Below, one piece after another: positions 1 to 15,160 of a stretch of DNA of 64,000 nucleotides (the first letter of the stretch is position 1; each line of letters starts with the position of its first letter). This stretch comes from the human T2T-CHM13v2.0 reference genome, Homo sapiens. The stretch is taken from assembly GCF_009914755.1 (NCBI RefSeq), contig NC_060941.1. One strand, given 5' to 3'. The translations under genes and the position numbers were made by a program. The notes beneath the pieces were generated by a model that was not told the origin of the DNA, ran no database searches, and saw only the letters and a program-made list of their open reading frames with translations.

Positions 1-153
1 GAGGTCCCCTGTTAGGAGGTCCTAAAGTCAACTTTTGTAGGGATGAAAACCTTTAAAAAGGCAGTCAGAATAATGACACTCTCCAGAGAGGAGAGTGAGT
101 GGTCCACAGAGTGGCCACAGAGCAGGTGGCTGGTCCAAGAGAGTTTAAACAAA

Positions 154-207
154 CCCCGCCCCCACCCCACCGCCCCCCCACCCCCGACTCCCGCCCCGCT
201 GCCGCCC
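154..207. promoter_or_regulatory. C-rich GC-box cluster (Sp/KLF-like motifs, G-quadruplex potential on the minus strand)
   Basis: Sequence reads CCCCGCCCCCACCCCACCGCCCCCCCACCCCCGACTCCCGCCCCGCTGCCGCCC, with retained CpGs. A FOX-like GTTTAAACAAA lies at 143-153. Function is inferred only. Confidence 0.35.
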
Positions 208-1030
208 AAGATTCTAGGACTGGAGTCCTTACAGGCGATGTTTGCTGTTAGCACAAAGTCCAATGGTACCACAAGAGTACTGGCTGAGACAGCTGAAGGT
301 GCTCACAACTACTTTGTGAGATCCTTTAAAGATCTGCAAGATTATAATAGGGCAATGGAAAAACTTCTGCTCATTCTGGATGGCAGAGCAGGAGACAGTG
401 AATGGGAAGCTTGTTAGACACGCAAGTGGATGAGAAAGCAAGCAGGTAGTGCCAGCACAGTCTGCTTCCATCAGAAGAGGGGCGGCACTCGGGGCTGAAA
501 TGGAGTCAGCGAGTTCCACTCTTCAGCTCTGCAGCACACAAAAAAGAAAATTCTTACTGCATTAGTTTGGTGTTTCCGGAAGTGTGTTCCCTGAACTATT
601 CAATCAATCAATCGTTAATAAAATAATAGTTCCATCAGCAAATATATTTGTGAATTTCTAACACAAAAAAAGTTAAATACCTTTCTTTAACACAAGAATC
701 CTCCGAGTCTGTAATGTGCCAATTTGTATTTTCCCATGGAATTCTAACCACAGAGTTTTTAAAACTCAGAACATTTTAACATCCCCCAGGACACTCATGG
801 AACACAGTTTGGGGAACCTGCTTTAGCATAATGCAGCAATTCCAAATTTTAGCATTAACGTGCCCTAAAAATATATTTCAGTCAGAAAAAGAAAAATTTT
901 TGCCCATATCTAGCTTATTTCAGACATTCTCTAAAGCAATATAGAAATAACTGACTTATCTGTGTATTCAGTATAGAAAACTCCATTGTGATTTGATGAC
1001 AGTTTCCCTATTAAGTATCTTGTCTAGAAA

Positions 1031-1060
1031 TGTGTGTGTGTGTGTGTGGGTGTGTGTGTG
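1031..1060. repeat. (TG)n microsatellite
   Basis: TG run with one interruption. Confidence 0.9.
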
Positions 1061-1118
1061 CATGAAGGTGATTCATGGAAAAGTAAAGAAAAAAAGAGTA
1101 AGAGAGGTGAAAGAGGTA

Positions 1119-1438
1119 TAGTTGTCCTTTGGTATCCTTGGGGAACTGGTTCCAGGACCCCATAAATATCAAATTCTCAGATGCTCAAATCCCTTATATA
1201 AAAATAACATAGTATTTGCACATAACCCACATATATCCTCCCATATAGTTTAAATCACCTCTAAATTACTTATAATACCTAATACAATGTAAATGCCATG
1301 TAAATAGTTGTTATACTTTATTTTTTTATTTGTATTATGTTTTATTGTTGGATTGTTGTCTTTATTTTTTAAAAATATTTTCTATCCACAGTTGGTGAAT
1401 CCAAGGATGTGGAATCTATAGATATGGAGGGCTGATGG
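1119..1438 (+). mobile_element. MER2 (TcMar-Tigger MITE)
   Basis: Starts (C)AGTTGTCCTTTGGTATCC…GGTTCCAGGACCCC, has internal GATGCTCAAATCCCTTATATAAAA, and ends GATATGGAGGGCTGATGG. Flanked by TA. Confidence 0.85.
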
Positions 1439-1641
1439 TATATGGGGATGTGAGTGAGGAGTGGAAGGGGAGGGCTGATGGTATATGGGGATGTGAGTGA
1501 GGAGTGGAGGGGAGGGCTGATGGTATATGGGGGTGTGAGTGAGGAGTGGAAGGGGAGGGCTGATGGTATGTGGGGGTGTGAGTGAGGAGTGGAAGGGGAG
1601 GGCTGATGGTATGTGGGGGTGTGAGTGAGGAGTGGAAGGGG
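1426..1641. repeat. 43-bp minisatellite, 5 copies (GGAGGGCTGATGGTATATGGGGATGTGAGTGAGGAGTGGAAGG)
   Basis: Units start at 1426, 1469, 1511, 1554 and 1597 (one unit is 42 bp). Confidence 0.95.
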
Positions 1642-2569
1642 AATGTTAGGAAGTGGAAAAAGAAAACGCTGCCTTTATAGCCAAACTGTCTCTAACCTGC
1701 TGATTTCTTCTAAAACCTTTTAAGTCCATACTTACATTTATAGCTATGTAAACAGAGAAATTGGTAATATTTGCATTGTAGGAGAGGTAACAGAAATGTC
1801 TTCCATCTCAATTTTATAGTAATATAGTTTCTAGACGTGTTTTTTCACTGTTGTTGCAAATCACTTAGAAAAAAGTGGTATTTTACTCAAATTTTCATCA
1901 TCAATATCAATGGTATTATTTTCCTTGATTTCTGCACTGGGAATCTGTACTTTTAGAAACAGCAATGTCAATCTATGAACTGGATGTGGGATCTGAATGG
2001 ACTTAACGGGTAGAATATGACATTAATATTTACATAAAAGGGCTTCATGGAAGATTGGTTAGGAACCTCAGCTGGGTGTGTAATGCATTCATTGAGAATT
2101 TTTATCACTTACAACGGCAAGGTGATACCAGTTGTCACGGCTGTGTTTTGCTTATGTTACTAAGCTATTAAAAGGGGTGTGTATCACTGTCAGCTTTTTC
2201 AATTGAATAGACTTTTTCAGAGCATGAAATTGCAGGGCACGCCTTGCTGGGAATGCTTCCAGAGAGCCAAGATGTGTAAACTCAGCCAGGATTATTCTTA
2301 TCTGAATATCTATCCCGTGTTTAGTAGATGGAAGAGCTATGATTCAAGAGGTTAAGTGATATGCCCAAGGTCACAGTCACATTTTTGCTCATGATCAGTC
2401 TCCTGACCAAGTAGAAAGTGGTGGGTTTCCACAGTGCTCTCTTTAGCTTCTCTGAGAGCCATTATGTTATTGTTGTATGTTTTCACAGATTGCCACTCCT
2501 GTTAGACTATGAGTCCCATGAGAATAAGGACAGTGTTTTTCCAGCCTTCATCACAGGAACCATTTTTGA

Positions 2570-2765
2570 AGCACCTGCTCTGTGCAAGCCTCATATACCT
2601 CATTTATATCTCTCAGACTAACCCCATGAGATTTATAACAGTACTTCTCTTTTACAGAGACTTAGAGGTTAGGTAACTTGACCAAGGCCACATTAGCTAG
2701 AAGGTGATACAGCTGGAATTCAACCTAGGATGTCTGACCCCAAAGCCTGTGATCTTTCCCCTACC
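2570..2765 (-). mobile_element. MIR SINE
   Basis: MIR core in reverse: TTTTACAGAG…GAGGTTAGGTAACTTGACCAAGGCCACA…GGAATTCAACCTAGG…TCTGACCCCAAAGCC. Confidence 0.75.
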
Positions 2766-3991
2766 TCAAATGGCTGTACATTTTTCCTGTGCATTCTCCT
2801 TGTTAGTCCTTAGCACTGACTGACCATCGGGCTAGGCCTGTGGTGCACTTCTGCTATGTGTTTATTGAATGAATGCATGGATGGATGAGAATCATAACTT
2901 GGGAAACAATGACCAGCTTTCCTCCTGGAACTTACTGGTGGTGTGGTATTGGGCAAACCCCCAGATCAACTGGATCTCTCCATAAGAAGAAAACAATAAT
3001 GCCTCACTAGTCCGAAGGGAAGATAATGAATCAGATGCTCTATCGAAGTCTTTTCCAGAAAACAGACTGAAGCTGGGATGCTCGCTTGTAAATGGTTCTT
3101 GGAGAGCCCATCAGGCATGGAACCTATTTCTATAGGAACTGTCTGCTCCTCTTTTTGTCCTGGGAGAAATGTAACTCAAGGGAAAAGAAATCAAGGTTGG
3201 AGTTATCAGGTGAGATGCATTGTGAGTAATCAACAACCTCCCCAGCAGCCAAGATGGCTAGACAATCAATCAGTCTTCGTGCCTGAAGACTTTCTTGTAT
3301 CATCTGGGACTACCCTGAACTTTAACCTTAAAGTTTCACTTATAAGGTCCTGGTATTATTCACCGACAGTCCTATGTCATAAATTAATCATCATCAACAA
3401 CAAAAATGACTCATATTAAGCATTATAGGGAGATCCTTATAACCTAAAGAAGCAGATAGAAACACAGATGGGATACTTAGAGTGGGGAAAAATGCTTGGT
3501 TTAATGTTGTTAAGAGTCATTAAATGGTAACCATTGGATTATGGATAGTGTTGTGTTATAGATTGTATTTTGTACTATGTATTTAAAAAACGGGGAACTA
3601 TACCAAGGCTACCTAAAAAGATCTGACATTTTAAGATCTGAGGGCATTTATAATATGCTCTCTATGATTCTGTAGAAACCGAGTATTATAAAGAAACATT
3701 GACTACTACTAACAGAAGGACACAAACTGGTCTAAGGAGGCTGATATCTTATCAGAGGTACATGGTGTTTCATCCAGATAAGCCAATAGGACCTTTATTA
3801 GTTTAGAACAATTACCTTTTGAGCTCAGCTACTACCACTAGTAAGAAGTTAGAATCTTCTTAAGAGGAAGACAGAGCATGTCAAACAGAATCAGAGAGTC
3901 AACATCTCTAATTTACCATCAGTCATGCAATCACTGAACAATTTGTAACTCTCAGTAGCATGCAAGACAATGAATTATGAAATGTGAGTGA

Positions 3992-4873
3992 CAGTGGTGT
4001 ACTGGAACTGGGTCATACTGGCTTGCAAGACTATTGTTAAATTTTCAAGAATTTTGCAAGCTCATTAAGCACAGCCTTTATTAAAAACTACATTATATAA
4101 ATTTACTGTTTAGTAAATTATATTAAAACAATGGCAACAGATACCCAAAATTTATCACCTTCTAATTATTTCACAATATTTTATTGTTTTATGTCTTGAA
4201 GTTTATTTTCATCTATTGTATCTTTATAATGGAAACACTTTATCGTGATGTACTACTGAGCATCTCTTCCCAACTCTGACATCAGCAACATTGGTAGCTT
4301 GAAAATGACTACAGTGGGAGTATTTACATTATGGAAATGATCAATAGCCACAAAGCAAGGCTTGATTTATAGTTTTGTTGATTGTCTAAACTCAAGAAAG
4401 TGATGGAAAGTATAATGCACATTAAAGTATCTCCTGTTTGTAGCCATGAAATTGTGACAGGCACACACACACACACACACACAAATTGAAGCTACATTCT
4501 CCCACTATTTGAAAATAATTATCTGATTCAGCAAAGAAGTCATTCGTGTCATTAAAGTTTCCATATACATCTTCATTTTTGTCTTGTTAATGTGAACGGA
4601 GCTGTCAACCAACATTCATGTTGGACTCCTCTTATTCATTAATTGCAACTACAGGTTGGTTAGAAATACAAGAGTTTGGCAAAAATCAACAAAATAATTC
4701 TGTAAAAACCAACTGGCTATATGGAATTTATAATACAGAGTATTTGTATATTTTATTACTATTTATAAATTATATGCTAAGAATTGTTTAATATCATTAA
4801 AATATAATAAACATTATGTACAGATACATACATTTTTCCCCAGAGATTCAGCTGTTAAATGTTTGTATCACTG
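3992..4873. mobile_element. MER63-family hAT-Blackjack DNA transposon (MER63C-like length)
   Basis: Termini CAGTGGTGTACTGG…CACTG; internal GCATCTCTTCCCAACTC and TTGGTAGCTTGAAA match recalled MER63 consensus. Contains (CA)n at about 4462-4482. Confidence 0.75.
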
Positions 4874-5507
4874 TGAATGGGCCCCTGTTTCTGTCCTTAA
4901 GAGGTTAACATTTGGTGGGACGTGGGCAAAAATCCTACAGTGCAGGCTCTGGTGTGGTCAAAGCCATCAGAAAGAAACCCAGTCTCTTCGGAGCTCAGAA
5001 GAGGAAAAAGCACTGCCAGCCAGGAAAAACTGAAAGTTTTCATTTACGGGCTACAGAGAAAATTGTGTAGATCTTTAAACTGACAAGAGTTTGTGGAAAC
5101 AAAAGCAGAGTTGGATATAGATAGATGTGCTGTATTTTTATAAAATATTTGAAATGTCATTTCTCAGTGATTTAATAAGAAAGTTAATTTATTTTTGTTG
5201 ACATTGTTGGAAATAGTTTATCTTTTGTTTATAAACCAGAAACAGCCAGAGTCTGGCGTGTGTTAACTTGAGTCTGATTTGTGCTGGTCTTTGTCTAATT
5301 TACGTTCGCTTCAGTCAGCCAGTTATGAGGTTGCCAGGCTGTGGAGATGAAGGTGGCAGATAGCGGGCTGAGTCTTCCACAACCTTAGCGCAAGCTTCCA
5401 ACACAGCTTGTCAGGCTATATAGGGAAGAATCTATTCAGCTTAGGGTGTGCGTGCTGACTGTGGGCCCCTGGGGAAGGAAGCCTCTCTAGCTATCTCTTT
5501 ACGAAGC

Positions 5508-5989
5508 TATAGCAGACGCTGTCCACACTTCAACCCATGTCTCCTCGGACCCTTTGATCATTTTCCTGAGCACAGACTCCCCGTATGCTTATTCTTACAT
5601 CTCCTTGAAGATGAACTGTCCTCAGGCTGCCAGAATCTACTTTGCTTAGGCAAGAAAGCCTGGAAGTGCTTGGGAATTTGTGCCTCAGGCCAATCCATAA
5701 CCAAAGACTAATGAGTTCTGGGGTATAAATACCCCAGATGCTCTTCTCCTGAGGCGTGACCCTCTGAGGCATGACCTACCCTGTTTCCAGAGCTCCTCCT
5801 GTGGGAATGAACCAAAGTTACCCTCCTGGGACTTTGCTGGATACCACATTCCTGCATCTCCCAACTTCCCTTCTATAATAGATCCTACTTCCCCATTTCT
5901 TTCCCAGTTTTTCCCAGTAGAACATTTCTTGATAAATCACTTTCACACTAATCCTTGGAGTCTTCTTCTGGTGAACCTGACCTAAGACA
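5508..5989 (+). mobile_element. LTR16-family (ERVL) solo LTR
   Basis: Starts T(A)TAGCAGACGCTGTC, has TATA context GGTATAAATACCCCAG at about 5722, and ends GAACCTGACCTAAGACA. Confidence 0.75.
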
Positions 5990-7269
5990 GTGGCCATGTT
6001 TTATGTGGTGTGTTCCCCACCCCCATTTATTGGCCATGAATGTTTGGACCACAGGTAAACACCCAGCTCAAAGGTGGCCCCTCTGTGGACTGGCCAGTGG
6101 ATTGAGGTGGCATAGCTCAAGTGCCAACCTAGGCAGATCCTCTCTCTCATGGGGTTTGATATTGAGTCATATAGAGAGTGACTGAGTCATCATATTTGAT
6201 ATTGCAAAACTCTGGCTGAGATTCACGACTCGATCTGCCAAGAAGCAATGAGATAACTCTCACTGGAGCCTTCTTACATTCTGAAGGACTTTGTCGTTTG
6301 CAAACATGCTCCCATTTCCATGGCATTTCTTAATTCTATGTGATTCCTTCCTATAATCCTCATTACTCAAGGTAATGGGATGTCTCTGGTCCTCAAAAAG
6401 CCTAAAATACAAGCTAGGAATCACCTCATTGAGGGACCTAATTTTCTGGCCATTTATTGCTGAATTATTTAGGGAAAGGGCCCTGAAAATTATCAAAGAG
6501 GCCATAATGATTTGAGTAGAAGCAACATGGAGCCAAATTAGCATTCATATAAGTTGGATAATGAAGATGAGGGAATCTATTTGAGATATTAAAAAGCTGA
6601 AAGGAAGCAGACTAGTGTTCTTACCTGAGGTAGAAAAAGCAGCTGAACCTCCTTTTGTCTTCCATATCTTCTGTCTTCCTCTCATTTGCAGCAGCCAAGA
6701 TGGGGCTATCAAGTTGGGGAGCAGATAGTAGAAACAATGAGGGAAGAGTCTATATACTAGGAGTGTTGGAGCCCTTGAGTTTACAGTTGCCTTTTAAGTC
6801 TTTCAATGTCTTTTACTCAAGAAAGCACTTTAGTTCTAGTGATGAAAGAATCAGGCTAGACCAGAAACTGAGGCATGCTGTTTAGGGCTTGTTCTCTATC
6901 TAGATTAAAAAGGAGCTTTTGACCCAGCCCAGATCACTAGGGGCAAAAAAGAGACAGGAATTCAGGGCAGATATTTTGTTCAGAAATGCAGGTCGAACAA
7001 TCTTTGGGGTATCAGGCCAGGTAGGGTATGGAGATGAGAGGTACCAACTCTACAATTCTCCATATTGAAAATGGAAGGTCAATATTTTATAGCCACAAGC
7101 AAATGCAAACAAATACAATTCATGTTTGCCTGGAATCAACATCACCTCCCCCTCTCCCACTCTGCACTTCTCTGAAATACTCATAAAAATCCTAAGTGCT
7201 CCTCAAAAGCCAATAATTAGCTCATCAGAGTCACACTACACAGACATATCTCCTCTGCTAGTACATTCC

Positions 7270-7430
7270 CTAGTGCAGGACAAGACACATCAAAATTGCC
7301 CAGAGAGCTTTTAAAATGTAGATTTCAGGGTCTCATCCCAAGAGGAACTGATTCAGTAAGCCAAGGATGAGGTCTGCGAACCCATACAAACTTTATTACA
7401 AATGAGCAGTTTACTTGGATTTGAGCAATG
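7270..7430. mobile_element. MER5-like hAT-Charlie fragment
   Basis: CATCAAAATTGCCCAGAGAGCTTTTAAAATGTAGATTTCAGGGTCTCATCCC…TGATTCAGTAAG resembles MER5A/B. Confidence 0.55.
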
Positions 7431-9199
7431 ATACTAGATCTTAAATTTTATACAGATGATCTTACTGTATGTTAATCTTAAGGCTTTTTAAAGGCAAAGA
7501 AACTATCTTCTTTATTGATTTCCTTTGTTTGAGGTGCATATTTTTATGCGTTCATAAGCTATATTATAAACAGCTGCCAATTTTTGGCTAGTGAGATTTT
7601 AAAAGTAGTTATTTATAGGTCTAATTTAACTTTAAATGTTTTAAAGTCTCTAAGAGGAACCTTCAAATCTCTCCTGTTCCTCCCTCATCTGCTCTATGAA
7701 GCACACATTTTCTTTGAGAAGAGGTTTCAGATAATGGAATTGAAGTTAGTCAAATCACAGAAAGTGAAACCTAGAGGGATTTTAATAGCTCCCCAGTTCA
7801 GCCCCCTCATTAGATGAGAAAATTGAGGCCAAAAAGTTTAATTGATTTGCCCAAAGTCAGCCAAGTGCTTGAGACAAGTATCTCCAACATCGTTTGGTCT
7901 CTCCCTTATACCCGGGAGGCCTGGTGCGAATATTCTCATTGGAATTTTATTTCTGGTGCCATTCTGCAAACAGCACTTTCTGGCCAAATTGAGCAGATAT
8001 GAGTGCGCTATCCCTGAAATCACCCCATCTAGGCAGCTCCATCTCCCATCTGCTACAAAGGATCTATCCGCCACTGCCTATAGACTTCCTTAAGGAAGAA
8101 ACTTCAAAATTCTAAGTTAAAAAAAAAAAAGCAAATTTCATCATGCCTCAAAATACCGTAATGTTTCTCACTTACCTAAATCTCTGGGGCCTGCTTACAC
8201 ATATCTGCTGAGCATATCTACCTAGACATTCTCTTTATATATACATACATAAAAGGTATTTATATAAATACTGTAGGTATTGATATATACATATATACGC
8301 ATATACACACACTTACATACCTACATATCTACATGTATATCTCTACTTCCCTGTAAATTATTTGTCTGAGTCCAAAGTAAGAGTCATAAACTCCACACTG
8401 TATTGGTTCTTCTTATCTCATCCAGCACAACCACCTTTGGATTGTCATTCAACTGAAAAATAAACAGAAAACACAGTGGGCACTGTGATGCTCTGTAGGC
8501 AATCGTGTGCACCTCTCCATGTCCAGGGCCAAGCAGATTACTCATAGCTGCCCACAAGCCAAGTGCCATTCCCCTTGCTTCTACCCAACCCTTCAAAGTC
8601 ACCGATGCTCTGAGGACACTAGGTGTGTCATTGATGTGAATTCCAAAAGGGATCATCTACTGCTTAGCCCCTGTAGAAATCTGGTACTGCAGAGGCCCAG
8701 ACATGACAGTGTCTGCCCCCGTGAGACAGTGTCTGAGGTTCATGTGCACTCTGCCCTCTGCCATGTGTCAGAGCCCCAGCTTCCATGCTTTGGGCAGGTG
8801 ACAAGTGGGTTGACTTATGGATGCCCCAGTTGTTCAGTAGCCAGGTCATGGTCAACCCTTTGCTCCCAGTTTTGAACGCTTCTTCTTTTCTGTATAACCC
8901 ACCCTGCCAACTAAATGTTTCCTTTTCTCCATGTGCCATGGTGTGGAAAGGGCTGGGAAGTGCTGCCCAGGATGTGCATCTACTAAGCATTCCTGAGGGC
9001 CACAGTTACCTGCTGTAGCAGCTCCCCAATCCCCCATCTGGGGTCCCCACTGCAGCGAGGGAGCTGTGTGCTCCAGCAGGACGAGAGTGGCAGGAGACGT
9101 TTTTCTATCTAAGGTGGCTCCCATGGCACAGAGGAAAGAACACAGGCTCAGGAATGAGACAGACCTGCTGCATTGGTAGCCTTGGTTTTGCCCCCTACT

Positions 9200-9238
9200 C
9201 ATGCAAGACATTGAACAAACCATTTTAACCTCTCTGAG
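9200..9238 (+). mobile_element. MIR, left part (split by the L1PA insertion)
   Basis: TTGAACAAACCATTTTAACCTCTCTGAG continues after the L1 as ACCTCTGAGACTCAGTTTCCTTATCCATAAAAT. Confidence 0.65.
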
Positions 9239-9719
9239 GCGGTTCCAAGATGGCCGAATAGGAGCAGCTCCAGTCTACAGCTCCCAGCATGAGAGACGCA
9301 GAAAACGGGTGATTTCTGCATTTCCAGCTGAGCTTTGAAGAGAGTAATGGTTCTCCCAGCACGGAGTTTGAGATCTGAGAACGGACAGACTGCTTCCTCA
9401 ATTGGGTCCCTGACCCCCGAGTAGCCTAACTGGGAGGCACTCCCCAGTGGGGGCAGACTGACACCTCACACGGCTGGGTACCCCTCTGAGACAAAACTTC
9501 CAGAGGAACGATCAGACAGCAACATTTGCTGTTCTGCAGCCTCCACTGCTGATACCCAGGCAAACAGGGTCTGGAGTGGGTCTCCAGCAAACTCCAACAG
9601 ACCTGCAGCTGAGGGTCCTGACTGTTAGAAGGAAAACTAACAAACAGAAGGGACATCCACACCAAAACCCCATGTGTACATCACCATCATGAAAGACCAA
9701 AGGTAGATAAAACCACAAA

Positions 9720-10735
9720 ATGGGGAAAAAACAGAGCAGAAAAACTGAAAATTCTAAAAATCAGAGTGCCTCTCCTCCTCCAAAGGAACACAGCTCCTCA
9801 CCAGCAACAGAACAAGGCTGGACAGAGAATGACTTTGACGAGTTGAGAGAAGAAGGCTTCAGATGGACAAACTTCTCCGAGCTAAAGGAGGAAGTTCGAG
9901 CCATCGCAAAGAAGTTAAAAACCTTGAAAAAAGATTAGACGAATGGCTAACTAGAATTACCAATGTAGAGAAGGCCTTAAATGACCTGATGGAGCTGAAA
10001 ACCATGGCAGGAGAACTATGTGACGAATGCACAAGCTTCAGTAGCCAATTTGGTCAGCTGGAAGAAAGGGTATCAGTGATTGAAGATCAAATGAATGAAA
10101 TGAAGTGAGAAGAGAAGTTTAGAGAAAAAAGAATAAAAAGAAATGAACAAAGCCTCCAAGAAATATGGGACTATGTGAAAAGACCAAATCTACATCTGAT
10201 TGGTGTACCTGAAAGTGACGAGGAGAATGGAACTAAGTTGGAAAACACTCTGCAGGATATTATCCAGGAGAACTTCCCCAACCTAGCAAGGCAGGCCAAC
10301 ATTCAAATTCAGGAAATACAGAGAATGCCACAAAGATACTCCTCGAGAAGAGCAACTCCAAGACACATAATTGTCAGATTCACCAAAGTTGAAATGAAGG
10401 AAAAAATGTTAAGGGCAGCCAGAGAAAAAGGTTGGGTTACCCACAAAGGGAAGCCAATCAGACTAACAGCTGATCTCTCAGCAGAAATTCTACAAGCCAG
10501 AAGAGAGTGGGGGCCAATATTCAACATTCTTAAAGAAAAGAATTTTCAATCCAGAATTTCATATCCAGCCAAACTAAGCTTCATAAGTGAAGGAGAAATC
10601 AAATCCTTTACAGACAAGCAAATGCTGAGAGATTTTGTCACCACCAGGCCTGCCCTACAAGAGCTCCTGAAGGAAGCACTAAACATGGAAAGGAACAACC
10701 GGTACCAGCCACTGCAAAAACATGCCAAATTGTAA
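9720..10735 (+). pseudogene. L1 ORF1p (RNA-binding), disrupted
   Basis: MGKKQSRKTENSKNQS… through …YQPLQKHAKL*. Frameshift near 9900 and in-frame TGA at 10106-10108. Confidence 0.95.
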
Positions 10736-10798
10736 AGACCATTGATGCTAGGAAGAAACTGCATCAACTAACAAGCAAAATAACCAGCTAACATCAAA

Positions 10799-14631
<3,833 letters not shown>

Positions 14632-14829
14632 ACAATGAGAACACTTGGACACAGGAAGTGGAACATCACACACCGGGGCCTGTTGTGGGGTGGGGGGAGG
14701 GGGGAGTGATAGCATTAGGAGATATACCTAAAGTAAATTTTGAGTTAATGGGTGCAGCACACCAACATGGCACATGTATAGATATGTAACAAACCTGCAT
14801 GTTGTGCACATGTACCCTAGGACTTAAAG

Positions 14830-14834
<5 letters not shown>

Positions 14835-14886
<52 letters not shown>
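14835..14886. repeat. (TA)26 perfect microsatellite at the position of the L1 poly(A) tail
   Basis: 52 bp of uninterrupted TA, followed by CATA-type units to about 14900. Confidence 0.95.
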
Positions 14887-14890
<4 letters not shown>

Positions 14891-14900
14891 CATATACATA

Positions 14901-15080
14901 AAAAGAAAAAATCTATAAAGAAGGCAGAAAAATAGAATGTTTAGAAGAAAAAGTTAAATAATGAGCAATATTCTTATCAATAAAAATAGTTGGCAGAAAA
15001 CCACTGAAGTGCTGTTAACATAAAAGTTTATACCTAAATTATCACTCAAAATAAAGGCAAAAATAAATACAAAAAAAAAA
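14901..15080 (+). other. L1 3' transduction (non-L1 segment, AATAAA, A-tail)
   Basis: Unique sequence between the L1 3' end and the right TSD. AATAAA at 14979, 15050 and 15062; A-run at 15071-15081 directly before the TSD. Confidence 0.8.
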
Positions 15081-15160
15081 ACCTCTGAGACTCAGTTTCC
15101 TTATCCATAAAATTGTGATACTGATACCAACATCACAAGTTGCTATGCAAATGAAATAAG
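15081..15160 (+). mobile_element. MIR, right part
   Basis: CCTCTGAGACTCAGTTTCCTTATCCATAAAATTGTGATACTGATACC…TTGCTATGCAAATGAAATAAG. Confidence 0.7.

Noticed and set aside
43-417. 124-aa ORF with a proline-rich stretch
   Set aside because: The proline run is just the C-tract translated; there is no recognisable domain or supporting exon structure.
466-490. CTCF-like CAGAAGAGGGGCGGCAC
   Set aside because: An extra G breaks the core spacing and the 5' CC is missing; too weak to call.
1426-1641. Regularly spaced repeats resembling a CRISPR array
   Set aside because: Units are contiguous with no unique spacers, the DNA is primate, and there are no cas genes. It is a minisatellite.
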